DNA from: Clostridia bacterium
Lineage (GTDB): Bacteria; Bacillota; Clostridia; Christensenellales; UBA1242
Assembly: GCA_045655005.1 (NCBI GenBank)
Contig: JAZOOJ010000019.1
Location: 102,335-166,334, forward strand
Length of the DNA stretch: 64,000 nt
Reading direction: 5' to 3'
The position numbers were made by a program, and so were the translations under genes. Positions 47,935 to 57,853 of the stretch are shown piece after piece. The notes beneath the pieces were generated by a model that had not been told where the DNA came from, did no database searches, and was given only the letters and a program-made list of their open reading frames with translations. Within the stretch, counting starts at the first letter, position 1; each line of letters opens with the position of its first letter.

Positions 47935-50835
47935 ATGGCAAGATTAATTCCAAGAAAGACCAAGGTCAAAATTCAGTTTTATAAGAATTTTTCACTGACA
48001 GACGTTTTGGTGGCTTTATGTTGTGTGGCAGTCGTTGCCTTAGCTGCTTTAAGTGGTCTTCAATTCAGACTTATTTTGGCGGCAGGGTTAGGACTTGTAT
48101 CGCTAAGCTTATTTGTTAGCGTTGCACCAGAAACAAGGTTGTATCAATCGATTGGACATACGTGTAGATTTTTGTTTGCTAATAAGGTCTATACAAAAAC
48201 TGCGCCTAAGGTGTCTCAAAATGTAAAGCTTATTACACCTTATGAAGGGTTTGTTGATTTTTCTATGCACGATGGCTCGGGCGATCCTGACAGCATAAGT
48301 TTTATTGATTATGGTTCATATCTTGCAGCGGTTGTAGAAATTAGACCAGTTCAATTCTATATGCTTAGCGAACAACGTCAGAACCAATTTATTACTGCTG
48401 TAGATAATGCACTTAAAACTATTGCCGGAGACCAAATTGTTTCTATTGTCAAAACTGAAAAACCTTTGGTTTTGGACTCGTATTTAGAGCACGAAAAGAA
48501 AAAAGCCGAAGATTTGCTTAAATCTGCGGAGCGTGGCGACGTAACTGAAAATGAACTTGACCCAAGACTTGATATTATTGAGAGTCGTATGGTCGGTTTA
48601 GAAAACTGCAACGTTGGGTCACCTAACACAATAATGAAAGAACACTATTATTTCATTATTTATGGGACTGGTAAAGAATCTTTAAAAAGTTCTGCAAATC
48701 TTGTTGCAACAACTCTTGAAGGTGGAACAAACAACTCTCTTCAATGTAAAGTTTTAAACAAAGAAGAACTTGCAATATTCTTAAAGAGTACCTATACAGA
48801 TGATTTCGATGAAAGAGAAATCTATAAACTTAAACCAGAAGAATATATGAATTGGCTTTTACCTGACAAGGTTACTTTTAATACAAGAGGTTTTGTAATT
48901 GATGGCGTTGCTCAATCATCACTTATTATCGCAGACTATCCTCTTGCTGCAAGAAACGCTTGGGGTAATTATTTCTTTAATATACCCGGTTCTAAAGTTA
49001 TCGTAAAGTTTAAGAGTGTTGGTATTGATGAAGCCGAAAGACGAATAGACAACGCCGTTATGGAAATGGAAGCTCAATATATGAACGGTGGTAAATCTTC
49101 TAAGATGCTTCAATTACAAACACACATTCAAACATTAAACGAACTTTTAGTTTCGCTTAAAAATGGTAACGAAGCGTTTTTTGATACCTCAATTGCAATT
49201 ATTTGTAAACAAGATATCAAGAAAAATGTTAAAACTATGCTTCGTCGTGGCGGTTTCAAATTTAATGATTTGTTCTGCTCACAAATTGATGGTTTTATTG
49301 CTGGTAACATCGGTAGAAAGATGGTTTTAGGTCAATACGACCGTGGTATTAACTCATCTTCACTTGCGGCGATATTCCCATTTATTTCAGACGCTGTTCA
49401 AGATGAAAAGGGATTTTTCCTTGGATATAACTCAGAACCTCTATTCCTAGATTTCTTTAAACGTGATAAAGAAAGAATTAATAGTAATATGGTTATCATC
49501 GGTAAGTCTGGTTCTGGTAAATCATATGCAACGAAGGGTATTCTTTCTCACCTTGCATCAGATAACAGTAAAATTTACGTACTTGACCCGGAAAAAGAGT
49601 ATGACAACCTTGTACACAATCTTGGTGGAAAACTTATTGACGTAGGTTCTGCGAAGATGGGACGACTAAATCCATTCCAAGTATTTACAACGCTTGATGA
49701 TGAAGGTGAAGAAGGACAGAACACTTCGCTTGCAACTCACTTACAGTTCTTGGAACAATTCTTTAAAATTATTCTTGATGGTATTACAACCGACGCGCTT
49801 GAAATTTTGAACGACTGCGTAAAACAAGTTTATGATAAATTTAATATTAATGCTAATACTGAAATTCAAAACCTGGACGCTACACAGTTCCCAATTTTCC
49901 AAGACGTTTACAACTTTATCGTTCGTAAATTTAACGAAACAAAAGATGATTTCTATAAAAATAACTTACGTGTCATCATAACCTACTTAAATAAGTTCGT
50001 TTCTGGTGGACGTAACAGTATGCTTTGGAATGGATATTCGTCAATTACAGCAGAAGAAAACTTCATTGACTTTAACTTCCAATCATTGCTTGCTAACAAA
50101 AACGGTGATATCGCCAACGCACAAATGCTTTTGGTACTTCGTTGGATTGATAACGAAATCATTAAAAACAAAGACTATAACGCTAAATATAACACTAAGC
50201 GTAAAGTAGTCGTTGCTATCGATGAAGCGCACGTATTCATCGACCCTAAAAAAGACGTCGCACTTGACTTTATGTACAACCTTGCTAAGCGTATTCGTAA
50301 GTATGAGGGAATGCAGATTATTATTACACAGAACTTGAAAGACTTCGTTGGTACGCCGTCTATTGCTCGTAAATCTACGGCTATTATCAACGCTTCACAA
50401 TATTCATTCATATTCTCTCTTGCTCCTCACGATATTAATGACTTGGTTGAACTTTATGAAAAGGCTGGTCGAATTAACGAAGCCGAACAAGAAAGTATTG
50501 TTTCGAGCCCAAGAGGTCGTGCGTTCTTGATTACTGGACCATACAGCAGAACAACTTGTGATGTCGCTCTTTCTGATTTGGTTATTGCTACATTTGAAAA
50601 ACCAGATATTAAAGAATATAAGCGTCAACAAGAAGAACTTGCAACGAAGGCTTCTCAGCCAGTAGAAGGCGTTGTAGAAGAGGCGATTGAAGAAGAACCT
50701 TATGAACCAGTTCAAGAATATGGTGCAGAAGAAGAAATTGCAGAAGAAGAATTTGATGAAGAAATCCCAAGCGAACCAGTTGAGGTTGACCCAATTGCAA
50801 GTTTGCCAAAACCTGTAAACCGTAGCGAAAATTAA
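47935..50835 (+). CDS. VirB4-family T4SS ATPase with fused N-terminal PrgI/VirB3-like membrane domain
   Basis: Start at ATG 47935 (AAGGAG 6 nt upstream). N-terminus IPRKTKVKIQFYKNFSLTDVLV plus two TMs (PrgI-like). Walker A IIGKSGSGKSYATKG followed by VLDPEKEY. Walker B VVVAIDEAHVFID. Acidic C-terminal tail. Confidence 0.85.
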   Translation: MARLIPRKTKVKIQFYKNFSLTDVLVALCCVAVVALAALSGLQFRLILAAGLGLVSLSLFVSVAPETRLYQSIGHTCRFLFANKVYTKTAPKVSQNVKLITPYEGFVDFSMHDGSGDPDSISFIDYGSYLAAVVEIRPVQFYMLSEQRQNQFITAVDNALKTIAGDQIVSIVKTEKPLVLDSYLEHEKKKAEDLLKSAERGDVTENELDPRLDIIESRMVGLENCNVGSPNTIMKEHYYFIIYGTGKESLKSSANLVATTLEGGTNNSLQCKVLNKEELAIFLKSTYTDDFDEREIYKLKPEEYMNWLLPDKVTFNTRGFVIDGVAQSSLIIADYPLAARNAWGNYFFNIPGSKVIVKFKSVGIDEAERRIDNAVMEMEAQYMNGGKSSKMLQLQTHIQTLNELLVSLKNGNEAFFDTSIAIICKQDIKKNVKTMLRRGGFKFNDLFCSQIDGFIAGNIGRKMVLGQYDRGINSSSLAAIFPFISDAVQDEKGFFLGYNSEPLFLDFFKRDKERINSNMVIIGKSGSGKSYATKGILSHLASDNSKIYVLDPEKEYDNLVHNLGGKLIDVGSAKMGRLNPFQVFTTLDDEGEEGQNTSLATHLQFLEQFFKIILDGITTDALEILNDCVKQVYDKFNINANTEIQNLDATQFPIFQDVYNFIVRKFNETKDDFYKNNLRVIITYLNKFVSGGRNSMLWNGYSSITAEENFIDFNFQSLLANKNGDIANAQMLLVLRWIDNEIIKNKDYNAKYNTKRKVVVAIDEAHVFIDPKKDVALDFMYNLAKRIRKYEGMQIIITQNLKDFVGTPSIARKSTAIINASQYSFIFSLAPHDINDLVELYEKAGRINEAEQESIVSSPRGRAFLITGPYSRTTCDVALSDLVIATFEKPDIKEYKRQQEELATKASQPVEGVVEEAIEEEPYEPVQEYGAEEEIAEEEFDEEIPSEPVEVDPIASLPKPVNRSEN

Positions 50836-50890
50836 AAAGCTAAAATTAAAACTAGTTAAATAGAAAATAAACTAGAAGGACAAAAGATAT

Positions 50891-53800
50891 ATGCAAATGA
50901 TGGTAACATTTATGAAAAATATCATTGGAGTAGGTGCACAAAAAATTGGTGCATCTACTCTTCACGCCCTTCATTTGCAGAATGTTTTGCCTGTTCTAGC
51001 ATCTACTAGTGCTGAGGGAACGGTTGATGTTGGTGGATTGTTAAGTCCAATAACATCGCTTATTGAAGGTGTTTGGGGATTAATTATTTCGTGGTTTTAC
51101 TTTATTTCTAAATTTGTTTTCCAAATAGTAGATTTAATTCAATATTTGCTTTATAAACTCGCTGGAATTAATTTATCGTCAGAAATGACATTTGACCTAC
51201 CAATTTACAGAGTTTTACTTTCTGAAACAATATTAAAGATATTTATTTCGTTGTTTGTTATTGGATTAATATTGCTAATTGCACTCACAATAATTTCTAT
51301 TGTAAAGTCAGAGTACTCTATTGCTGTCGGTCTTGAAACCGATCCTAAAAAAGTCAAAGGTGCTTCAAGTAAGGTCGTAAAATCTACACTTACAGCATCG
51401 ATTTTGATGTTTGTTGTTCCATTCTTAGTTATTGTCTCATTGGCGTTTGGATCGGTCTTTTTGACAAGTATTAATTCGCTTTTAAACCCAAACGGCACAA
51501 GTGGTACAACTCTTGGTGGGCAGGTGTTTGTTGCGTCTGCACAGAAAGCAAACAAGTATAGAATTTACGCAGACAACAATCAAAGAATTCCTATTCTTTA
51601 TAATTTTTATGACCCAATGACAAATGGCACTGCTCAAAACTATACCGAAGAAGAACTTGAAAGGGAATATGCAGATTGGGCGAATGGAAGTAAATATTAT
51701 TCAGACCAAAGGTCAAAAAATTACAATAGTTTCAGCAGTACTTTGGTATATAAAAATAATAGACTTTATAATAAAGCAGACACATTCGGCGATTATGAAC
51801 AATGGGTGTCGACACCTGAGCAATATTATATAATGGCTGATTTTATTGATTATGCCGTTAAAAATAATCTTGAATTTTATATCAAAGACTCATCAGACAA
51901 CAATATTGATTGGACAAATATGTCAAGCGAAATAAAGCTATCTGATGGTGTTTATGACCCAGCAACGGGAACCTTTAAACTTTCTTATAAAGATATCTCC
52001 AATGTTAATAAGTATGAAGATGTTTATAATATGGTTTTAGATGCTAATGAATTTATAGCATCAAGCCCTATTGCAGATACAACAAAGACTATTGCTGAAC
52101 TTTTGTCTATTGCGCTAAATGAAGAAGATATAGAAGATACAAAATCAAGAATGTTTAGAATGCTTGAAAGGGTGGAAGGTAGTACCAACATTGTAAAATG
52201 GAAAACCGAGTATATAGCTTATGGACAAGACACCTTTTCAATTTACCAATTAACAAAAAGATATTTTAATCCTTTAACTGGACGAGTTGAAGCACGTGCA
52301 ACGGTACCGGTGGCAAGAAAGCAATCGGCTGGATCATATTACATTTTAAAACAAAATGGAAATGGGAATTATGAATATACCAATCAAGTTATTGAATATA
52401 ACAATGATGGGAAGTTGTACCGTGACCAATTGGAACCGGTTTATGTTTATGGTAATTGGCCTGAAAAACTTTATAACGATTTAAAAGTTATTTACGATGA
52501 TATAAATATTGATAACTATATTAATTACGACAATTGGGCAGATATGCTTGGTGAGTATTATACAGTTGGTGAAAACATCTCATCTGACCAAGTTGTAACT
52601 TTTGCAACTACTTTAATTCATCCTCTTGGACTGATTATGTCAGAATTGTTTTTGGGTGTGACTTTTGAATCGGATAATCAAATAACAGATATTTCGTTCA
52701 CTTCGCAATATTTGGAAGAAACAATACAAGCATTATGTTTTGCTGTTGGCGGTGAGGAAAAATATTGGCAATTAAAATGCGAAATTGAATCATTTGTTGA
52801 TATGTTCAATGGGTTGTTTACTCCAATTGTTGAGGAATTGCAAAAAATTGAAGGTTTTGACCTTTATGATGAAGACGAATATTCAGTTCAAGGATACGTT
52901 TATAAAGCATATCTTGCAAGCATTATGCTTTCAGATAGTGCTAATGATTATTTTGAAACATTGGGCTATGAAATCTTAAACCTTAACAACCTTGCTGCGG
53001 TGATTTATAACAATACTACAAATTATGTTTACGATTCAAATGGCGATATAGTATATAAAGTGGTTTATAGCACCGATGAAGATGGGAATAAAATTCAAAA
53101 AACTTACACATCAACCAAAGAAAATGGTTTTGGTAATGTTACAGGTAAATATGTTTACAACCAAAGTGGGGAGTTGGTTGTAGTATGTGATAATAAAGGT
53201 GTTGCAAGCGAAACTTCTCAATATGTTCCGATGGGCGGTATATTTAAAGATAACGTCAAGTTTGACGAAGAAAATGGAATTTATAGAATTAAATATGACA
53301 AGAAATTTTATTCTTATGACGAATATAATCAATATTTAATAAAAGAGAAAGAGAAGCATCCAGATGCTAATCACCCAGCTTGGGAAGCACTTTTCTATTC
53401 TTATTTTCAAACGTACTATGAATTCAAGTATGACCACGAAAAAACTTTTGATGCAAAAGTGGAAGATGAAATAAAAACATATTCAGTTGTTTGTAATGGA
53501 CTTGGACAAATTGTTTTTGAGTATAGAAATGGAGTGTTTTATCCTGTTGACGAAGATTTATGTACTGATGATGGAATATACTTTATTCCTAAAGATAGTT
53601 CAAATATTGTTGTAGATGGTGTTAATGGTTTAAGCTATAAAGAAGCGGTGATAGATGGCGACAATAAGCGTTATGTTGATATTGCGGTAACCCAAAAGGT
53701 AACAAATAAAGATGGATCGGTATCAATAGTAGTTGATGAACGTTTCGAGAGAGCAAAAATTAGGCTAAATGTATATGACCATTTAATAGGCACTAATCCT

Positions 53801-56800
53801 AATTCAAAAATAGGGTTAACTGAAGCAGAACAGATTATTCTTTCGGTAGATGATGATAAGCAAGATGATATTGTTTATGATTTTGCATTGGACTATTCTT
53901 TGAAAAAGCAAAGTCCTAGCGATTATATGGTGGTTAATAATTCGTTAATCATTAATTCTCAATTGAATATCATAGCGCAAGATTTTTATCAATATGAGAA
54001 AAAATATTCTCCAATGGAACAATATGATTATGCTATTTATCAAAACTTACCAGAAAACAGCAAGAAAATTTTAGATGATGCAATTGCTTATATGCATAAG
54101 ATTGCAGAAAAAGACCCTAATCAAAAAAATCAAACATTTTTACCATATCTTGAAAGTTATCAACAAGGGTTTATAGCGTGTGGTTCGGGCAATGAGTTTA
54201 TAATTCAAATGGAATATATTTTCTCTGCTCCTATGGTGTCTGCTTTAATTGCTGAAAATTATAAAAGTGAACTAAGTGAAAATATTGAATATTTACAAAA
54301 AAACGCTAATAAATCTACAAAGATTAAATATCAAAAGAAATTTGAGGCTGTTTGTAGTTACTACAAGTACAAAATCATTAAATCAATTCAAGAATATATG
54401 TCTTATCGGATTTCAAGCGGATATAATGTAGTTGTTAATAGTCAGCAATTTACATTACATCAAGCGATGTCATCAACACAGTTTATGGAAATTGTGTTTG
54501 GTAATCAGTTGACTTATGAATCGCTTATTGGACAACTTGAAGTTGGTTCGTTATATAACGATTTAACAAAGTTTAATCAAGGCGCAATGTTTTTACTTTC
54601 AAGTTATATTCGTCAAGACCTTTCTGAACTTAATCAAATTATTGAAAAATTAAAATTATACAGATTTTTAAATGGTGCAATTTACAACATTTTAGCATAT
54701 CAAGTTGATTTTAATTTAACTGCTCGTGAACTTGAAATAATTAATACATTCTATGAAGTTCAAACAGGTGATGCCTTAAATGTGAATTCTAAAATGATGT
54801 TTAATTATTTAAAACTTGCAACAATGAATGAGCTTGGAAAGCCTGCGTCATATAATTCATTGATGTATGACTCAATATTGGCTGAACTTAGCAAAGTTGC
54901 TGATAATCTTGGATATATTTTAGATGAATTTATGGCTGGCTCGTCAGATATTCACTCAACTGCTGGTGATATTACTAATCTTGACGCAACAAGAATGCTT
55001 GCAAGATATATAAAGAATATTAAAAGTGATATTGAATTGTCATACGTTGACCCAGATTATACTGGTATTATTGACCCATCTGGACTTTGGGGTGAACTTA
55101 GACAATTTTTGAAAGATTTTGGACGCTTGTGTTTTGACCTTGAAACTAAATCAAATTTTGGCTCGTTAACTGTTGGTAAAAGCGACTCGGAAACAATTGT
55201 TGGTGCAACTTCAAGTTATGTGAATGAGCTTCTTGATATGCTTAACGGTATGCTTGCAGAAGTTGATTTTGGAAGCACAGGAACATCAATTACTAAAATT
55301 AATAACTTTAGTGATTTAATTGCAGAGTACTTCAATGAAGAAAATGAACAATTTGAATATCGACCAGTTGATGGCGAAACTAAATATGAGAACCTAACAA
55401 GCGAAGCAAAATATTATATTGCAATACTTTGTGATTATTTTGAGAAGGCAACTGCTGAATATAACTCTATAATCAACAATGCAAAAGATGCTTATAATAT
55501 GGTTGTGAAGTTTAAAACTGGCAGATATACAATTCAACCGAATTCGTTAATCTTCACCAAATATTTAAAAGAATACATTGAATACTTTAAATATAATGTA
55601 GATTCATCGGATACAAGTCTTCAAAATGATTTTGCAAAGAATTATATCTTTGACGGATATTATTTAGAGGTCAATCCAGATTTAGAGTTTGGCAACGCCG
55701 GATTAAGTATGGCGGATAGGCTTAATTATTACTTCAAATATATTGAGTCATTTGATAATTTTCAATTCGCAAACAGTGGTAATTATTATTCAGATTTGAC
55801 GGATTTGCAACAAAAGGTCGTTGATGATTGTGTTAAATACTATCTAGCGATATATGAAGATGCACAGGATCAATTAGAAGAAAAGTTTGCAGTTGCGAAT
55901 GAAAGTTTTGCAAAGCTAACGCTTTTCATATTTGGCGATGAGCATGGAAATTTTTCGACCATTAGCGAATCAGGTGTTGACTTGATAATTGCGAACAATA
56001 TTGACATTTTAAATCTTTATAATGTACTTGATTTTATGGGACTTGAATTTGATATAAATAAAAATCTTAGAGATTACAGAATTGATGCTATAAATAGTTT
56101 AGTTGATTTCCGTGAATATAGCGGTGAAAGTTCGGCGTCTATTCAAAGTAGATTCCTATCTCTTTTATATCTTGCTTGCTCAGATTATACCGAAAATAAT
56201 ATTGGTACTTCATATATCGGATATGATGATAACTCTAAACAGATTATTTTAACTCTTGCTGGGATTCAAGACCAAGCAGATGAAAAACTTGTAAATCTTG
56301 AATATGAAGGGAATTATTCAAATTCGGTTGCTGATGAAAAGTATGGAAGTATATTTATTATTTGTACATATAACGCAGAAACAGAGTTATACGAACCATT
56401 TATCTTTGCGTCTGCTCCAAATAAACACAATATTCCATATTCAAATTATTATCAATCAATTAATGGTCAAGTTACATATTATCCAATTATTGCAAAAGGT
56501 ATTTTTGATAGAAATGGAAATCCTACAGCAATAAGAGAGGTTAATGGGTATATTGAATTTTATCGTGATGAAGTGTACAGATTTTCTTTCAACAAAATGG
56601 CGATGGACATCTATGCTGTGGCAGAAGAAGAAATTGCCGAGAACCACGGAATTGTTGGGAATATTGTAAGTACAATTAAGCAGACAATAAGTAGATTTTT
56701 AATAGCAGATACAGTTTCAGATATGATTTCATACATTGATGTTGACTTAGCACCTGAAACATATTGTGGAACATTTACCAAGTATGAATATCACTTAGAA

Positions 56801-57823
56801 GGTGGTTATTGCAATCTTAACTATATGTTCTTTAATTCTACCGGTATCGACGTTAAACATTTGTATGATATATCCCAACTTAATATAATTATTCTTGTTA
56901 TTGCTTCGGTGGTAATTCTTAAAGCTATGTGGAATATCTTGTATGGCGTCGTGGGTTCAATCTATCAAATTGGAATATTGTTTGCAATTTCTCCAACTGT
57001 AATTGGAATCTATCCAATGAAGAGCGATGCATTCAAAAGTTGGGTCAAAGCCTTTGTTAAACAATTCTTTATAATGTATGGCTATATCGTAGCATTAAAT
57101 TCTTACTTTATTATATTGTCACTAATAGACCAAATGGGGCCATTGATTGACAAATTGTCGCCTGGAAGTGAAAGAATTTTACAAGATACATTTATCTTTA
57201 ATGGTATTGATTTGTTCTCAATTGTATCATTCTTAATTACAACAACATTACTTTTAACTGCTACAACAATGCTTAGCACTATGAGTGAAGAGTTCTCAAT
57301 CAATCTGTTTGGTGGAGATAATGCAGAATCGGCTGGTTCTAAGGCTAAAAAGCAAATGGAATCTAACCTTAATGAAGCAGAGTACTTTACAAGTGGTTAT
57401 ATGTTAAAAGATAGCGTTGCAAATGAGCTTCAACAAGGTGTTAAAACTTGGGCACCATTACTCCCAGATATTTCTAATTATGTACAAGACAAGTATCATA
57501 ATAAGCACAATGAAAAGCTTGCAGAGAAATATAAAAACGACTTGCTTGCACAAGGTGTTAGTGCTACGAAGGCAGAAGAAGCTAAGAATGCTTATAAGGC
57601 TACACTTGAAGCAAGACAAAAAGCTAAGAAAGATCACATTAAAGCAGAAGAACAAAGAAGAGAGAATAGGCAAGCGTCACTTAAATCTGGCGGTGAGACT
57701 TGGGCTTCAAAGAAGAAAGACGACAAAGTTTCTTGTGATCAATGTGGAGCAAAATTCCCTAAGAGTTATGTCAAAGGGGCTACTCATTGTCCAATCTGCA
57801 GACGAAAAGCTAAGTTTAAATAA
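50891..57823 (+). CDS. Giant polytopic membrane protein (2310 aa), paralog 2, with a ~1800-aa extracytoplasmic loop and C-terminal zinc ribbon
   Basis: Three N-terminal TMs, conserved blocks ANKYRIYADNNQRIPILY, YYIMADFIDYAVKNN, AKGIFDRNGNPTAIRE, a TM bundle at nt ~56880-57285, and a tail ending CDQC-x14-CPIC. Confidence 0.6.
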   Translation: MQMMVTFMKNIIGVGAQKIGASTLHALHLQNVLPVLASTSAEGTVDVGGLLSPITSLIEGVWGLIISWFYFISKFVFQIVDLIQYLLYKLAGINLSSEMTFDLPIYRVLLSETILKIFISLFVIGLILLIALTIISIVKSEYSIAVGLETDPKKVKGASSKVVKSTLTASILMFVVPFLVIVSLAFGSVFLTSINSLLNPNGTSGTTLGGQVFVASAQKANKYRIYADNNQRIPILYNFYDPMTNGTAQNYTEEELEREYADWANGSKYYSDQRSKNYNSFSSTLVYKNNRLYNKADTFGDYEQWVSTPEQYYIMADFIDYAVKNNLEFYIKDSSDNNIDWTNMSSEIKLSDGVYDPATGTFKLSYKDISNVNKYEDVYNMVLDANEFIASSPIADTTKTIAELLSIALNEEDIEDTKSRMFRMLERVEGSTNIVKWKTEYIAYGQDTFSIYQLTKRYFNPLTGRVEARATVPVARKQSAGSYYILKQNGNGNYEYTNQVIEYNNDGKLYRDQLEPVYVYGNWPEKLYNDLKVIYDDINIDNYINYDNWADMLGEYYTVGENISSDQVVTFATTLIHPLGLIMSELFLGVTFESDNQITDISFTSQYLEETIQALCFAVGGEEKYWQLKCEIESFVDMFNGLFTPIVEELQKIEGFDLYDEDEYSVQGYVYKAYLASIMLSDSANDYFETLGYEILNLNNLAAVIYNNTTNYVYDSNGDIVYKVVYSTDEDGNKIQKTYTSTKENGFGNVTGKYVYNQSGELVVVCDNKGVASETSQYVPMGGIFKDNVKFDEENGIYRIKYDKKFYSYDEYNQYLIKEKEKHPDANHPAWEALFYSYFQTYYEFKYDHEKTFDAKVEDEIKTYSVVCNGLGQIVFEYRNGVFYPVDEDLCTDDGIYFIPKDSSNIVVDGVNGLSYKEAVIDGDNKRYVDIAVTQKVTNKDGSVSIVVDERFERAKIRLNVYDHLIGTNPNSKIGLTEAEQIILSVDDDKQDDIVYDFALDYSLKKQSPSDYMVVNNSLIINSQLNIIAQDFYQYEKKYSPMEQYDYAIYQNLPENSKKILDDAIAYMHKIAEKDPNQKNQTFLPYLESYQQGFIACGSGNEFIIQMEYIFSAPMVSALIAENYKSELSENIEYLQKNANKSTKIKYQKKFEAVCSYYKYKIIKSIQEYMSYRISSGYNVVVNSQQFTLHQAMSSTQFMEIVFGNQLTYESLIGQLEVGSLYNDLTKFNQGAMFLLSSYIRQDLSELNQIIEKLKLYRFLNGAIYNILAYQVDFNLTARELEIINTFYEVQTGDALNVNSKMMFNYLKLATMNELGKPASYNSLMYDSILAELSKVADNLGYILDEFMAGSSDIHSTAGDITNLDATRMLARYIKNIKSDIELSYVDPDYTGIIDPSGLWGELRQFLKDFGRLCFDLETKSNFGSLTVGKSDSETIVGATSSYVNELLDMLNGMLAEVDFGSTGTSITKINNFSDLIAEYFNEENEQFEYRPVDGETKYENLTSEAKYYIAILCDYFEKATAEYNSIINNAKDAYNMVVKFKTGRYTIQPNSLIFTKYLKEYIEYFKYNVDSSDTSLQNDFAKNYIFDGYYLEVNPDLEFGNAGLSMADRLNYYFKYIESFDNFQFANSGNYYSDLTDLQQKVVDDCVKYYLAIYEDAQDQLEEKFAVANESFAKLTLFIFGDEHGNFSTISESGVDLIIANNIDILNLYNVLDFMGLEFDINKNLRDYRIDAINSLVDFREYSGESSASIQSRFLSLLYLACSDYTENNIGTSYIGYDDNSKQIILTLAGIQDQADEKLVNLEYEGNYSNSVADEKYGSIFIICTYNAETELYEPFIFASAPNKHNIPYSNYYQSINGQVTYYPIIAKGIFDRNGNPTAIREVNGYIEFYRDEVYRFSFNKMAMDIYAVAEEEIAENHGIVGNIVSTIKQTISRFLIADTVSDMISYIDVDLAPETYCGTFTKYEYHLEGGYCNLNYMFFNSTGIDVKHLYDISQLNIIILVIASVVILKAMWNILYGVVGSIYQIGILFAISPTVIGIYPMKSDAFKSWVKAFVKQFFIMYGYIVALNSYFIILSLIDQMGPLIDKLSPGSERILQDTFIFNGIDLFSIVSFLITTTLLLTATTMLSTMSEEFSINLFGGDNAESAGSKAKKQMESNLNEAEYFTSGYMLKDSVANELQQGVKTWAPLLPDISNYVQDKYHNKHNEKLAEKYKNDLLAQGVSATKAEEAKNAYKATLEARQKAKKDHIKAEEQRRENRQASLKSGGETWASKKKDDKVSCDQCGAKFPKSYVKGATHCPICRRKAKFK

Positions 57824-57853
57824 TTTAATTTTTAATAATTTATTGGTGAGTCT

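Noticed and set aside
35767-50835. Type VII (ESX/Ess) secretion as an alternative reading of the ATPases plus large polytopic proteins
   Set aside because: No WXG100-like small proteins are present, and no multi-domain FtsK/EssC with FHA. The ATPases carry VirD4 (DPKGE) and VirB4 (PrgI-like N-terminus, DPEKEY) hallmarks instead.
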